From Elusimicrobiota bacterium (GTDB lineage Bacteria > CG03 > SLGR01 > JAFGSA01), in contig JAFGSA010000003.1 of NCBI GenBank assembly GCA_016934855.1, forward strand, positions 1,654 through 65,653: 64,000 nt of DNA, given 5' to 3'. Positions within the stretch are counted from its first letter, which is position 1, and each line of letters begins with the position of its first letter. Shown piece by piece: positions 1 to 9,901 of this stretch. A program made the position numbers and the translations under genes. The notes below the pieces were generated by a model. The model was not told the origin of the DNA and made no database searches. It was given only the letters and a program-made list of their open reading frames with translations.

Positions 1-44
1 CCTGGTGGGGGCAGAGAACGCACGATGCGCTCGGGCTGGACAGG

Positions 45-1352
45 TTGCTGGATTTCGAGGCGTTCATCACCTGCGATTACGGTACGGGAATCGAGGGTCT
101 ATGGGAAGGAAGGGTTATATCCCCTGAGCTGTTTGAAGGAAGGCGTAGGAACTATTCCAACGAAGACATAAACGAGTTCCTTAAAAGCTCTTACAGGGAA
201 CCAATACTAGACAGGATATCCTCCGGATCAGAATGCGTTATGTACAGGTCTATAAGCGAACTCGAGCGGCTTGCCAGGGTAAACAGGGAAATAAGGATCT
301 ATTCCGCCCCGGTCAGGCTTAAAAGCGCTTTCGATAACAAGGTGCTTTTCAGGGAAAAACTCAGGTCTCTCGGCATCGAGCCCATCCCCGGGAAGACAGC
401 GTTTCTCGAAAATACGGATTACGGCGCTGCTTGCGGCGAATGGGGCGAAAAATTCGTGGTCAAGTACCCTGTTTCTTCTTCAGGGAAGAAGACACATCTT
501 GTCGAGAACGGGGAGACATTCGGTCTTTTAAAATCCCTCTACCCGGGAGAGCCGGTGATCATAGAAAAGCACCTGGAAGGATTCTCGCTGAACATAAACG
601 CGGTCATAGAAGAAAACATGCTTATCAGTGATCCCTCACTGCAGGTTGTCGGGTCGAGCGCGTTAGCCGACGGAAGATTCGCTTTCTGCGGAAACGATTT
701 TTCTTCCGCGGCGTATTTAGACAACAACATCATTTCCGAGATAAAAACGCAGACTTTTACAGTGATGAAATGGATGAGAAACTGGGGATTCAAAGGGCTT
801 ATGGGCATGGATTTCATCGTCTCCGCAGGCAGGGTATACCCGGTGGAAATAAACCCGAGGTTTCAGAACTCCACTTCGTTATTGACTCTCCTGGAACTGG
901 GAAAAAATATCATACCGCTCGAGTATTCCCATTTGACGGCCTTTAACCGCGAACTGCCCCGGCCGGAGTACGAAGGCTCAGGAACCAGGTTCGAAGGCGC
1001 TCAGCTTATAATGCACAATCTCGAAGACAGGGACATAGCCATAGAGGACAGTATGCGGCCGGGGATATACAGGACCGTAAAGGAAGGTCTTCAGTTCCTC
1101 AGGCACGGTTATTCGGTCCTGGACTGCCGTTCCGACGAAGAATTCGCCGTCTGCGGCGGCGTACCCGCTGCAAATACAGTTATAGAAAAAGGCGCTCCCT
1201 TGCTGAAGCTCCATTTCAGGAAAAACGTGCTGGATTCCGGTCTTTCTGTGCTTAATAAAGAAATTGAATTGACAGTCAAAAAAATATACAATTGTCTAGT
1301 CAGAAACGAGCCATGGATAGAAACCCGGAATTCTATACAAAAGAACTGCTGA
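45..1352 (+). CDS. ATP-grasp domain protein (5' end probably lies outside the window; TTG at 45 is only the first in-window start)
   Basis: The frame is open from position 3 with no upstream stop. Motifs FVVKYPVSSSGKK (ATP-binding Lys region) and GRVYPVEINPRFQNS (E-x-N loop) are typical of ATP-grasp ligases. Confidence 0.5.
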   Translation: MLDFEAFITCDYGTGIEGLWEGRVISPELFEGRRRNYSNEDINEFLKSSYREPILDRISSGSECVMYRSISELERLARVNREIRIYSAPVRLKSAFDNKVLFREKLRSLGIEPIPGKTAFLENTDYGAACGEWGEKFVVKYPVSSSGKKTHLVENGETFGLLKSLYPGEPVIIEKHLEGFSLNINAVIEENMLISDPSLQVVGSSALADGRFAFCGNDFSSAAYLDNNIISEIKTQTFTVMKWMRNWGFKGLMGMDFIVSAGRVYPVEINPRFQNSTSLLTLLELGKNIIPLEYSHLTAFNRELPRPEYEGSGTRFEGAQLIMHNLEDRDIAIEDSMRPGIYRTVKEGLQFLRHGYSVLDCRSDEEFAVCGGVPAANTVIEKGAPLLKLHFRKNVLDSGLSVLNKEIELTVKKIYNCLVRNEPWIETRNSIQKNC

Positions 1353-2773
1353 ATTCATCCGTTATTTTCGACGGTCCTGACAATGATTACACAGTAAACC
1401 TGACAGACGACTTTAACGATTACATCCGCGGGCTGGATGAGTTCAGACATACCAGGCTCAGGCCCGCAGGCACAAATGCAGCGCCCGATAATGTAATCTG
1501 GATAGACGCCTCCCAGGACGGTTTGCCGGCGACCAGGGAATCGGCGAGGGTAGCAGGTGCCGGCACTGTCGTAAACGAACGCCGCGAACTCCTTGAAGAG
1601 CTGGGAAGGTTCCCTTCGACTACGCTGGTACTCTCGCAATGTGTCAAGAAAGACACCTACGACGTCGACCTGAGCAGGAAGATAGATTCTTCGGGGAGCC
1701 TCACATCGCCCGGCCCGCTGACAGCGCCGGGCTCTGTTTTCTCGGACAAGCTCAAGACATACGACCTGCTCTCTTCCGACAGAAAGAACTGGGACCTCGT
1801 AGCAAAATACAGCGATATACAGGTCGATGGCATGAACCCGGGAGAAGTTGCCCGCGAAGTACTCAGAACCGCATCGCTTGACGCCGAGACGGACAGTTTC
1901 TTCGTCAAACCTACAGAAGGGGGCGGAGGGCTCGGGGGATTCAGGCTGATAAGGGAATCCGCTAGCGGAAAGGCCGGCTATGTTATACCGGACCTATCGA
2001 GAGTATCGGGCAGCTTCGAAAATGCGCATATAGTGCCGCTCACGATCGATCCGTCCGACGATAAAGCAGTAGAAGAGCTCTGGTGGCTTTACGGAATGTT
2101 CAGTTCCGTAGACGTGTTGAGAAAAAACTATATACACACCGATATAAAAAACAGCAGGGATATAATAAAGCTCCTCGGGAACAGGCCTTTCGGCAACGTG
2201 TATTCGGAAGAAGACGCCGCAGAGAGACTCGCGAAGGCAATCGAGAGTTTCGAATCCAAGTTCAATAAGCGTTACCGTCCGCTGGTATGCCATTATATAG
2301 ATTTCGGGGCCTGGGGGCTGAGAGCCCATTACAGGCTCACGGTGCGGGGTATAGAGGCGGAGGTATTGTATGCCAGGATATTCCAGATAAGTTTCGAGAA
2401 AGATTCCATAGGATATGTCGGTTCGGACAATATATCGAACAAACAGACCGGGGAATTGGAACTGGGCCGGCTCGCGCCGATAAACAGCGTGATGGTCGAG
2501 GCCGTGGGAGGAAAAGACAGGCTGTTCAGCGTACTCCTCAAGGGCGCCAGGGCCACTAAGGTCCTGATCGGCAGCCTTCCGGCGGAACTCAGAGATAAAG
2601 TGCCTGTCAGGATGCAGTTCGATCTCGCGCCGGCGGCGGGACTTATAGGAGAAGGAAACAGCGATTCGGCGCGCGGGTTCTGCATCGCACAGCGCTGGGA
2701 CAGGTTCGAAAGCAACATCAGCGAATGGTACGACGATTCTCTCGCCTATTATTCCTACATAAAATCAAGATGA
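1292..2773 (+). CDS. hypothetical protein with possible ATP-grasp-like signature (FFVKPTEGGGGLGGF); start uncertain (ATG 1292 or 1313)
   Basis: Long ORF of 493 aa. It overlaps the upstream gene by 40-60 nt, and its stop TGA (2771-2773) overlaps the ATG of the next gene (ATGA). A [FV]VKP..G..G.G motif is present. Confidence 0.4.
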   Translation: MSSQKRAMDRNPEFYTKELLNSSVIFDGPDNDYTVNLTDDFNDYIRGLDEFRHTRLRPAGTNAAPDNVIWIDASQDGLPATRESARVAGAGTVVNERRELLEELGRFPSTTLVLSQCVKKDTYDVDLSRKIDSSGSLTSPGPLTAPGSVFSDKLKTYDLLSSDRKNWDLVAKYSDIQVDGMNPGEVAREVLRTASLDAETDSFFVKPTEGGGGLGGFRLIRESASGKAGYVIPDLSRVSGSFENAHIVPLTIDPSDDKAVEELWWLYGMFSSVDVLRKNYIHTDIKNSRDIIKLLGNRPFGNVYSEEDAAERLAKAIESFESKFNKRYRPLVCHYIDFGAWGLRAHYRLTVRGIEAEVLYARIFQISFEKDSIGYVGSDNISNKQTGELELGRLAPINSVMVEAVGGKDRLFSVLLKGARATKVLIGSLPAELRDKVPVRMQFDLAPAAGLIGEGNSDSARGFCIAQRWDRFESNISEWYDDSLAYYSYIKSR

Positions 2774-3297
2774 AAAGAAAAGGTCTGGTCCAGGTATATA
2801 CGGGCGACGGCAAAGGCAAGACCACCGCAGCTATAGGACTCGCCGTGAGGGCGGCCGCATCGGGCATGAAAGCCATAGTAATATCGTTCAACAAGAGCAG
2901 GCCTGTCAAATCGGGAGAGCATATAACACTTAAAGAACTCGGCATCCGCACGGAGTTCTTCGCCGGCGAACACCCGGCGTTTTTCCCAGATACCACGAGG
3001 GAGAAGATGATATCCCTGACGAAAAAAGGAACGGACTTCGCACTGGAAATATTTAAAAGTTTAAAGTATGATATAATAGTGCTCGATGAGATACTCATCA
3101 GTGTCAGGGACGGTTTCCTGAGCGAAAAAGCCCTCTTGGATATAATCGACAAGAAACCCGTTGAAACAGAACTGGTCCTGACAGGAAGGGGGGCGACTCC
3201 CGGCATAATAGCCAGAGCGGACCTGGTCAGCGATATCAGAGATATAAAACATCCTTACCGCTCGGGGACAGGGTCAAGAAAAGGCATAGAAAAATGA
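2770..3297 (+). CDS. cobO: ATP:cob(I)alamin (corrinoid) adenosyltransferase, CobA/CobO/BtuR family
   Basis: Motifs VQVYTGDGKGKTTAAIGLAVRA (P-loop), VLDEI and LTGRG match the CobA family. ATG at 2770 overlaps the upstream stop, and its own stop overlaps the next ATG at 3294. Confidence 0.8.
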   Translation: MKRKGLVQVYTGDGKGKTTAAIGLAVRAAASGMKAIVISFNKSRPVKSGEHITLKELGIRTEFFAGEHPAFFPDTTREKMISLTKKGTDFALEIFKSLKYDIIVLDEILISVRDGFLSEKALLDIIDKKPVETELVLTGRGATPGIIARADLVSDIRDIKHPYRSGTGSRKGIEK

Positions 3298-5501
3298 GAA
3301 GATATATCGCCGTTTTTATACTTCTTCTTTCCTCGGGCGCGGCATGTGCCCAGGAAGAAGCCAGGGCGCGCCAGATACTCGCCAGAACGCTCGAGATATA
3401 TAATAATCTCACGACTTACCAGGACACCACCGATACCATTATGACCCTGGTATCGCAGGGCATAGAAAATAAGATATCGTATGAATACGAAACTTATATA
3501 AAAAAACCCGACAAATTCTATATAAAAAATACATCGGGTCTCCTGGGGAGAACCGTGGTCTCCGACGGAAACAAGATATGGGTATACCAGCCCGCGCTGA
3601 AAAGATACATGGTAATGGACCCCGAGGCCATAGAGGATTTCCTGGCCGTCAATACAGAGAATATATTCACCCTGGGCACCGAACAATTCCTGATAGGCCT
3701 TTTCATGAAGGATAAAGACTCCATAATGCTCGATGACCAGCTCTCTATATCCATAGCAGGCGAAGAGGAGATAGACGGCGCCATATCATACGTGCTCAAT
3801 ATGAAAAAAGAAAAACTGGATATGAAGGTAAAGATCGACAAGAAGAGCGGGCACATACGCATGATTACCCTCAACCTGTCGGATTTCATGGAGCAGATGA
3901 TGGCCGGCGCCGGTAAAGAGGAACAGGATATGCCTAAACCGGAAATACTGTACATAGAATCCCATTCCGGGATATCGGTAAACCAGGCGATATCAGACAG
4001 TTACTTCAAGTTCGTGCCGCCGCCGGATTCCAGCAAGGTAGCGAATATCTACGAGAATCTCAATAAATCACCTGCTGGGTACCCCTATATAGGAGAACCG
4101 TTTACCGACTTCCAGCTCGGATCCCTCAATACCAGGGGTTCCATAAAACTCTCTGAAGAGACCGGGAGCGTGATAATTCTCGCCTTCTGGAATGCCAAAG
4201 ACAGCTATTCCGAAGATTTTCTCACTTTTATGAAGAAACTTAACACTAAGTTCAGGAGAGAGAAAGAAATAAAGATAATACTCATTGCGCCGAAAGGGCA
4301 GGCGGCGGACGCAGGGAACCTGACGAAGAAGAATAAAGTCACATTCCCCGTGCTCTACGACGAGGATAATTCCGTATCGGGTACTTACGGCGTCGCTACA
4401 TATCCGACGATATTCATCATAGGGAAGAAAGGCGCTATCCAGCAGATATACACGGGATATTTCGACGGGCTCCAGGAAATGGTCGAGAAGGATATAAGCA
4501 TGCTGCTGGAAGGGATAGACCTTAAAGACGTCGAAGGCAGCACTGTCCAGACCAAGGGTATATATATACAGTGGAACGTTCCCGTGAAGACCAGCGACCT
4601 TGCCGCAGACAAGGAAGAGATTTTTTCTTTCGGACCGGCGGGGAATATAAACATACTTACAAACCGCGGCAGTATAAAAGACACTCTGCGCCTGAAGAGC
4701 ACGGCGAGGCGGATGCTGATGTCGGGCACGGAAGCCGGCCGCAGGGACAGCTTCATAATCTACAGGCCCCAGGGCACCGATATATCTCTGGTCAGCATGA
4801 AAGGGAAAAAGCTGTGGGATTACAGCATACGCCTGGGGATCAATCATGCGGAAACTGCGGACCTGGACGGCGATGGCAGACAGGAAATAATACTGGGACT
4901 CAACGGCCTTGAAGGCCTGAGGGTGATCGACTTCGACTCCAATACGGTCTTCCAGAGCACCCGGATTGCGAACGCTGCCAACGTGAGCGCCGGTAATCTG
5001 TCAGGAGACCGGCTTCCGGAGATAACAGCCGTATCCAATGACGGCATAGTATATATACTGGATTCATCCGGAAAACCGGCAGGACAGATAGATGACAATA
5101 TGCTCACTAATTACGCGAAGATAATAGATTTCGGCGGGAAATACTGCAATATATTCGTTTCCGGCAGCTCCGGCGACAGCGAGATACTGAAGATGCTCTC
5201 AAACGACGGCAAAGCTTCCTGGGAAGTAATACTCGGCAACTCGTACAATTCCCGCGTCACGAGCATCACCAGGCATCCCGTCAATAACTGGGTAGCTATA
5301 GGCACGGCTGATTCGCAGGTATTCGTATTCGATTCCGCTGGTAATATGCTGGCCTACGCAAGAGAAAAAGGCATGAATCTCCTCGTAGACTGGGTGGGTG
5401 CCGGCACTGGCGAGTACAACCTCCTCACTGCCAATATGGACCTCGGCATCAACTGTTACCTGATAACCGAATCCGAATCCGGGTGGAAAGGCCCCGAATG
5501 A
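3294..5501 (+). CDS. secreted multidomain protein: N-terminal LolA-like domain, central thioredoxin-fold (TlpA/redoxin-like, no CxxC) domain, C-terminal FG-GAP/beta-propeller-like repeats
   Basis: Signal peptide MRRYIAVFILLLSSGAACAQ. The LolA-like block is KISYEYETYIKKPDKFYIKNTSG...GNKIWVYQP. The redoxin-like block is VIILAFWNAK...ATYPTIFIIGKKG. The repeat block is DLDGDGRQEIILG. It is translationally coupled on both sides. Confidence 0.55.
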   Translation: MRRYIAVFILLLSSGAACAQEEARARQILARTLEIYNNLTTYQDTTDTIMTLVSQGIENKISYEYETYIKKPDKFYIKNTSGLLGRTVVSDGNKIWVYQPALKRYMVMDPEAIEDFLAVNTENIFTLGTEQFLIGLFMKDKDSIMLDDQLSISIAGEEEIDGAISYVLNMKKEKLDMKVKIDKKSGHIRMITLNLSDFMEQMMAGAGKEEQDMPKPEILYIESHSGISVNQAISDSYFKFVPPPDSSKVANIYENLNKSPAGYPYIGEPFTDFQLGSLNTRGSIKLSEETGSVIILAFWNAKDSYSEDFLTFMKKLNTKFRREKEIKIILIAPKGQAADAGNLTKKNKVTFPVLYDEDNSVSGTYGVATYPTIFIIGKKGAIQQIYTGYFDGLQEMVEKDISMLLEGIDLKDVEGSTVQTKGIYIQWNVPVKTSDLAADKEEIFSFGPAGNINILTNRGSIKDTLRLKSTARRMLMSGTEAGRRDSFIIYRPQGTDISLVSMKGKKLWDYSIRLGINHAETADLDGDGRQEIILGLNGLEGLRVIDFDSNTVFQSTRIANAANVSAGNLSGDRLPEITAVSNDGIVYILDSSGKPAGQIDDNMLTNYAKIIDFGGKYCNIFVSGSSGDSEILKMLSNDGKASWEVILGNSYNSRVTSITRHPVNNWVAIGTADSQVFVFDSAGNMLAYAREKGMNLLVDWVGAGTGEYNLLTANMDLGINCYLITESESGWKGPE

Positions 5502-6364
5502 AGATTGTAGACATCTATAAGGAGAAAAAACCGCTCTTCTCTTGCGAAGTCTTTCCCCCAAAACCTGAAAACGGCATAGACACTTTATACAGCACTATCT
5601 CCGGACTGGAAAAACTCTCCCCTGATTTTATCAGCGTGACTTACGGCGCAGGTGGCGGAACCAGGGAAAGGACAGCAGAGATCGCCAGCAGGATAAAAAA
5701 CGACTACGGAACGGAAGCCCTTATGCATCTTACATGCATTAACACCCATTACGCCGACCTTAAAAAGATAATAAAGCATATAGACGACCTGCATATAGAG
5801 AATATACTGGCGCTGAGGGGAGACATGCCTCCCGAAGAAGGCAGGGACGATGATACGATATCGGATTTCTGCTACGCCGTTGACCTGATATATTACCTGA
5901 AACAGCAGAAAGATTTCTGTATAGGGGTCGCCGGGTATCCTGAGACCCACCCGGAATCTCCAGACCCTGATACAGATGTAAGTCATCTGAAAAACAAAAT
6001 AGAAAACGGCGGGGACTTTATTATCACACAGCTTTTTTTCGACAACACATTCTTCTACAGGTTCCTGGACAGGATATCTTCCTCGGGAATAGACGTCCCT
6101 GTATCGGCGGGCATAATGCCGGTATTCAAGGCAGGCCTGATAAAGAAGATGGTATCGCTCTGCGGGGCTACCATACCCCCGGTGCTCCAGAAACTTATAG
6201 ACAAGTACCAGGACAAACCCAAAGACATGCAGAAAGCCGGAATAGAATTTGCCTCGGGCCAGATACTGGACCTGATAGAGCAGCAGGTCGCCGGGATACA
6301 CCTGTACACGATGAACAACGCGCTGTTAGCGGAAAAAATAGCAAAAAATACCAAACTCAGATGA
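5498..6364 (+). CDS. metF: 5,10-methylenetetrahydrofolate reductase
   Basis: Motifs FSCEVFPPKP, VTYGAGGGTRERT and HLTCIN are canonical MetF motifs. ATG at 5498 overlaps the upstream stop (ATGA). Confidence 0.85.
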   Translation: MKIVDIYKEKKPLFSCEVFPPKPENGIDTLYSTISGLEKLSPDFISVTYGAGGGTRERTAEIASRIKNDYGTEALMHLTCINTHYADLKKIIKHIDDLHIENILALRGDMPPEEGRDDDTISDFCYAVDLIYYLKQQKDFCIGVAGYPETHPESPDPDTDVSHLKNKIENGGDFIITQLFFDNTFFYRFLDRISSSGIDVPVSAGIMPVFKAGLIKKMVSLCGATIPPVLQKLIDKYQDKPKDMQKAGIEFASGQILDLIEQQVAGIHLYTMNNALLAEKIAKNTKLR

Positions 6365-6374
6365 GGCTCTGGGT

Positions 6375-6968
6375 ATGTCCAGATTACTAAAGATAATCCT
6401 GATACTTGCAATACCCGCTGTCCTTATAATCCCCACGGGCATTTCCAGAAACACAGAAATATTCAGATGCTCCGTATGTAACGCCCTGAAGACGAGCAGC
6501 GAATACAGATATACCTTCCTACCCCCCATACCCGCATACGGGCGCAGTTCCGAGGCCGTCACGAAATCCGCGCATAAAGACCATATATGGGGCACTTCGG
6601 TCATGCAGTCGATAAAGACAGTGAGGCCTCTCAGTACCGGCTTCAGGATAGCTATAATAGCGGGATTGCTGTCTATCCTTTTTTTCCGCAGGCTCACGTC
6701 CGGCGCGGAAAACCTGTCGGAAACATTCTTCCGCTACACGCGCCTTTTCAAGTTATTCCTTTTTACCGGCGTTCTCGTAACCGGGCTGTTCATTATATAT
6801 TTCGCTTTACAGAACGCCCGGAAAATCCAATCATTGTTTAATCCTGATAGTCAGACCAGAAATATATCCGGAAGGATATCGGAAATAGCGGGAAAACAGG
6901 ATTTTGATATAGATGTGAACAAGCTTAAGGACATATTGAAAGAGGTATTGGACAAATACGAAAAATAA
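6375..6968 (+). CDS. hypothetical membrane protein
   Basis: ORF of 197 aa with an N-terminal hydrophobic segment and further transmembrane-like stretches. No recognisable family. Confidence 0.4.
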   Translation: MSRLLKIILILAIPAVLIIPTGISRNTEIFRCSVCNALKTSSEYRYTFLPPIPAYGRSSEAVTKSAHKDHIWGTSVMQSIKTVRPLSTGFRIAIIAGLLSILFFRRLTSGAENLSETFFRYTRLFKLFLFTGVLVTGLFIIYFALQNARKIQSLFNPDSQTRNISGRISEIAGKQDFDIDVNKLKDILKEVLDKYEK

Positions 6969-7007
6969 TATTGCAAACAGGGAGCAATTTTGCTATTCTT
7001 TATTACT

Positions 7008-8096
7008 ATGAGGAAAAATAACTTACTAGTCCTTTGTGTATTCTTTTTATTCGCTTGCGGCGGGAAACAGATGACTACCGATAATTCGGGATATGTTACC
7101 GTTACTGCCGAGGGGACTGCCGACATAAAAAAAGCGGGAGTAGCTGAAGCCACCGACGTCGCGTATATGGACGCCCAGAGAAAAGCTATCGAGACAGCGC
7201 TGGGAAAACTGTATTCAGCCAGGACAGTCGTCGAATCTGGCAGGTTCATCGATCAGACAATAATGGCGGACGTGAAAGGATATATTAAGAGATGGGAGAA
7301 GCTGGGCGACCCCGCAGTCCAGGATTATCCGGGCACATCATATAAAATCGTAAAAGTGCAGATAAAAGCGGATATAGGGCTGGACAAACTCAAGGAAGAC
7401 ACGACCGCGCTCGACCAGATGCAGAAGAGGCTAGGAAGACCGGATATAGCGGTCGTCGTATCCGACGCTAACGCGAAGCAGACCATCAGCAGCAAACTCA
7501 AAGACAAGGATTTCACGGTCATCGACCTCGGCAGCCAGGCCGATGTCCTTGCCGCCGCGGCCGACAAGAACGCGGAATTGCTGATAGACGGCAAAGTTAC
7601 TCTCAGCGAAGGCAAGAAGATAATGGAAGGCGTTGATATGAAATCCTACCAGGCCACTATAACTCTCGAAGCCGTAAATACGGCGAGCGCAGAGAGTATT
7701 GCCCAGGCCGCCGGCAGCGGTGCCTATCCGCATATAGATGCGGATACCGGAAAAGCGGGAGCCGCCAACAGGGCCGCCGAAACCGCCGCTGACCAGCTGA
7801 TAGAGAAACTCCTGGTCGTCTGGGAAGATGTGCTCAATAACGGCAGCGGGATATACCTTAAAGTCTCGGGACTTACATTGAATAACGAAGCGGATTTCGG
7901 CAAGCTCCTGGAAAGGTACCTGAGGGGGGTAAAAGAGATACACGCTAAAGGCCTGCAGGACGGCATATTCACATACAAGATAATGTATCTCGGGACAGCC
8001 AAGCAGATGGCGAAAGAAGTCAGCGAGATACAGGGAAACTTTAAAGTCAATGTGACCGGATACAGGGCTAACACGGTCACTGCGCAGGTAAAATAG
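7008..8096 (+). CDS. lipoprotein, possibly LPP20/FlgP-like family
   Basis: The lipoprotein signal MRKNNLLVLCVFFLFAC-GG carries a lipobox. The motif YMDAQRKAIETALG resembles LPP20-type lipoproteins. ATG at 7008 is preferred over TTG at 6990. Confidence 0.5.
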   Translation: MRKNNLLVLCVFFLFACGGKQMTTDNSGYVTVTAEGTADIKKAGVAEATDVAYMDAQRKAIETALGKLYSARTVVESGRFIDQTIMADVKGYIKRWEKLGDPAVQDYPGTSYKIVKVQIKADIGLDKLKEDTTALDQMQKRLGRPDIAVVVSDANAKQTISSKLKDKDFTVIDLGSQADVLAAAADKNAELLIDGKVTLSEGKKIMEGVDMKSYQATITLEAVNTASAESIAQAAGSGAYPHIDADTGKAGAANRAAETAADQLIEKLLVVWEDVLNNGSGIYLKVSGLTLNNEADFGKLLERYLRGVKEIHAKGLQDGIFTYKIMYLGTAKQMAKEVSEIQGNFKVNVTGYRANTVTAQVK

Positions 8097-8270
8097 AAAA
8101 GACAGGTGCTTACGGTTATAGCTGTTATAAGCCAGATATTATATTCCGGATACAGGATTAATAGAAACATCTGTTTTATTTCGGCGGGTATTTGGCTGGC
8201 AGTCTTATAGCTTACAGCTTATAACTTAAGACTCTGTCGGGATCTGAGTTCATACGGAGGTGGATATATC

Positions 8271-8756
8271 ATGAGAAAATTTGTACCGGCAACACTTGTT
8301 TTATGCGTATCACTGCTTGCTCTTTACGGCTGCGGCGGTAAAGGGATGGGCGGGGCCATCAAAGGCAAAGACATCGTAACGGAGGGATGGATCGACGACG
8401 ACACCTTCCAGGTCATAGCATGGGGCGAAGCAAGTCCCGACGCAACCGGCGAAGCCAGGTGGAGGAACCAGGCTAAAGAAGGCGCCCAGATGATGGCAGA
8501 AAAAAGGATCGTAGAGAAATTCCAGGGCTATACTCTCGAAGCTAACGGTTATACCGAAGAGGGCGCAAACGTTATGGTAGTAGTAACAAAAGACGTTCTC
8601 GGCGCGGTTAAGGGCGGAGAAGTGGTTAAAACCACGTTCGACGCCGACAATAAGGCAGCCGAGATAGTCTACAGGGTAACAGCGAAGAACCTGAAGAAAA
8701 AAGTAGCTAATTTCGAAGTAAAGCCGGCAGAAGCCGCGGCAGAAGAAGGGGAATAA
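8271..8756 (+). CDS. small lipoprotein, unknown function
   Basis: Shine-Dalgarno GGAGGTGG sits 9 nt upstream of the start. Lipobox LLALYGC. The C-terminus is rich in A and E. Confidence 0.55.
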   Translation: MRKFVPATLVLCVSLLALYGCGGKGMGGAIKGKDIVTEGWIDDDTFQVIAWGEASPDATGEARWRNQAKEGAQMMAEKRIVEKFQGYTLEANGYTEEGANVMVVVTKDVLGAVKGGEVVKTTFDADNKAAEIVYRVTAKNLKKKVANFEVKPAEAAAEEGE

Positions 8757-8944
8757 TCCTTTCATATACAAAATATTGAAGCATTGCCTTATCTCTCAGG
8801 GATAAAGGTGTATTGATATATCCGCATCCTTTATTCGGCATATAGCGGAGACAGACGCTTTATGCGGGAAAATGTCTTGGTATTTTTCCGCCGATCGCGC
8901 AGGAACGGCATAACCCAGTATTTACTGAATAATCATCTCCTGCA

Positions 8945-9820
8945 ATGAAAACAAACAGCAAACAAAAAGCCGTATTATACCTGTTATGCGCATCGTTCTT
9001 TTTCGCGTGCGTAAGCCTCCTGGTCAGGTACGCGACCAAGGATATGGGGATACATGTGTTCACCATAGTATTCATCCGCGGGCTGTTAAGCCTGCCGTTT
9101 CTATTTTTAATGACCCGCCTGAGAGGTGAACCCGCGTTCGGAAAAGACATAAAGACTCTCTGCCTGAGAGGGCTGGTAGGCGCCGGGGGGATGTTCTTTT
9201 CTTTCCTCGCACTCTCGAAGACTATCGTATCCAATGCCATGGTCCTCACTTATACATACCCTATATTCGCGGCACTGATATCTTCGTTTGCCGGGAAAGA
9301 AAGACTCGGAAAAAGGGCTATCCTGCTCCTGCTTTCCTTCACCGGCATCGGGATGATAATAAGACCTGAACTCGGCAGTATAGACAGCGGGGAGCTCATG
9401 GGCCTGGCAGCCGGCATTTTCGCCGGTGCCTCCATATATTTCGTAAGAGAGCTCAGGAAGACGGACACTCCGTTCAATATAACGAAATACCTGATAATGT
9501 TCACTTTCGTAATATCCGCGCCTTACGCAGCTTTGTCCTTCAGGAGATATACACCGGCAGAAATCCTTATAATGATACTGATAAGCGCCGCCGCTCTGGC
9601 CGCCCAGCACCTGATGACTTCAGGCTACAGGGAATGCACAACGGTAGAGGGAGGAGTTCTTTCATATATCAGCGTCATAATAGCGATAATCGGAGCCTTA
9701 TTTATCTTCTCGGAAATACCCGACAGGATGGACCTGGCAGGGGGGCTGATAGTCATAACAAGTTCCATTATCCTGATCGTTCTACAGAACAGGAAATCCC
9801 ATATCAAGTTCAGTTTCTAG
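8945..9820 (+). CDS. EamA/DMT-family transporter
   Basis: About 10 predicted transmembrane segments with the two-repeat architecture typical of the drug/metabolite transporter superfamily. Confidence 0.6.
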   Translation: MKTNSKQKAVLYLLCASFFFACVSLLVRYATKDMGIHVFTIVFIRGLLSLPFLFLMTRLRGEPAFGKDIKTLCLRGLVGAGGMFFSFLALSKTIVSNAMVLTYTYPIFAALISSFAGKERLGKRAILLLLSFTGIGMIIRPELGSIDSGELMGLAAGIFAGASIYFVRELRKTDTPFNITKYLIMFTFVISAPYAALSFRRYTPAEILIMILISAAALAAQHLMTSGYRECTTVEGGVLSYISVIIAIIGALFIFSEIPDRMDLAGGLIVITSSIILIVLQNRKSHIKFSF

Positions 9821-9901
9821 CATACATCCCGCCTTGCAATTTACTGTCGCGTATGATAAAATTCTGACTGAAATTCAATTACCCGGGAGGTGTCCTATAT
9901 C

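Noticed and set aside
1292-1352. Overlap of the first two ORFs as a possible frameshifted single gene
   Set aside because: Both frames have independent plausible starts and ATP-grasp-like motifs. I cannot establish a shift site by eye, so it is left as two genes with an overlap and flagged only in the operon finding.
4068-4847. 259-aa minus-strand ORF inside the 3294-5501 gene
   Set aside because: It is antisense to a gene carrying a signal peptide and recognisable domains. It has no independent start context.
5585-6301. 238-aa minus-strand ORF antisense to metF
   Set aside because: metF has canonical motifs on the plus strand. The antisense product is Tyr/Val/Arg-rich with no family resemblance.
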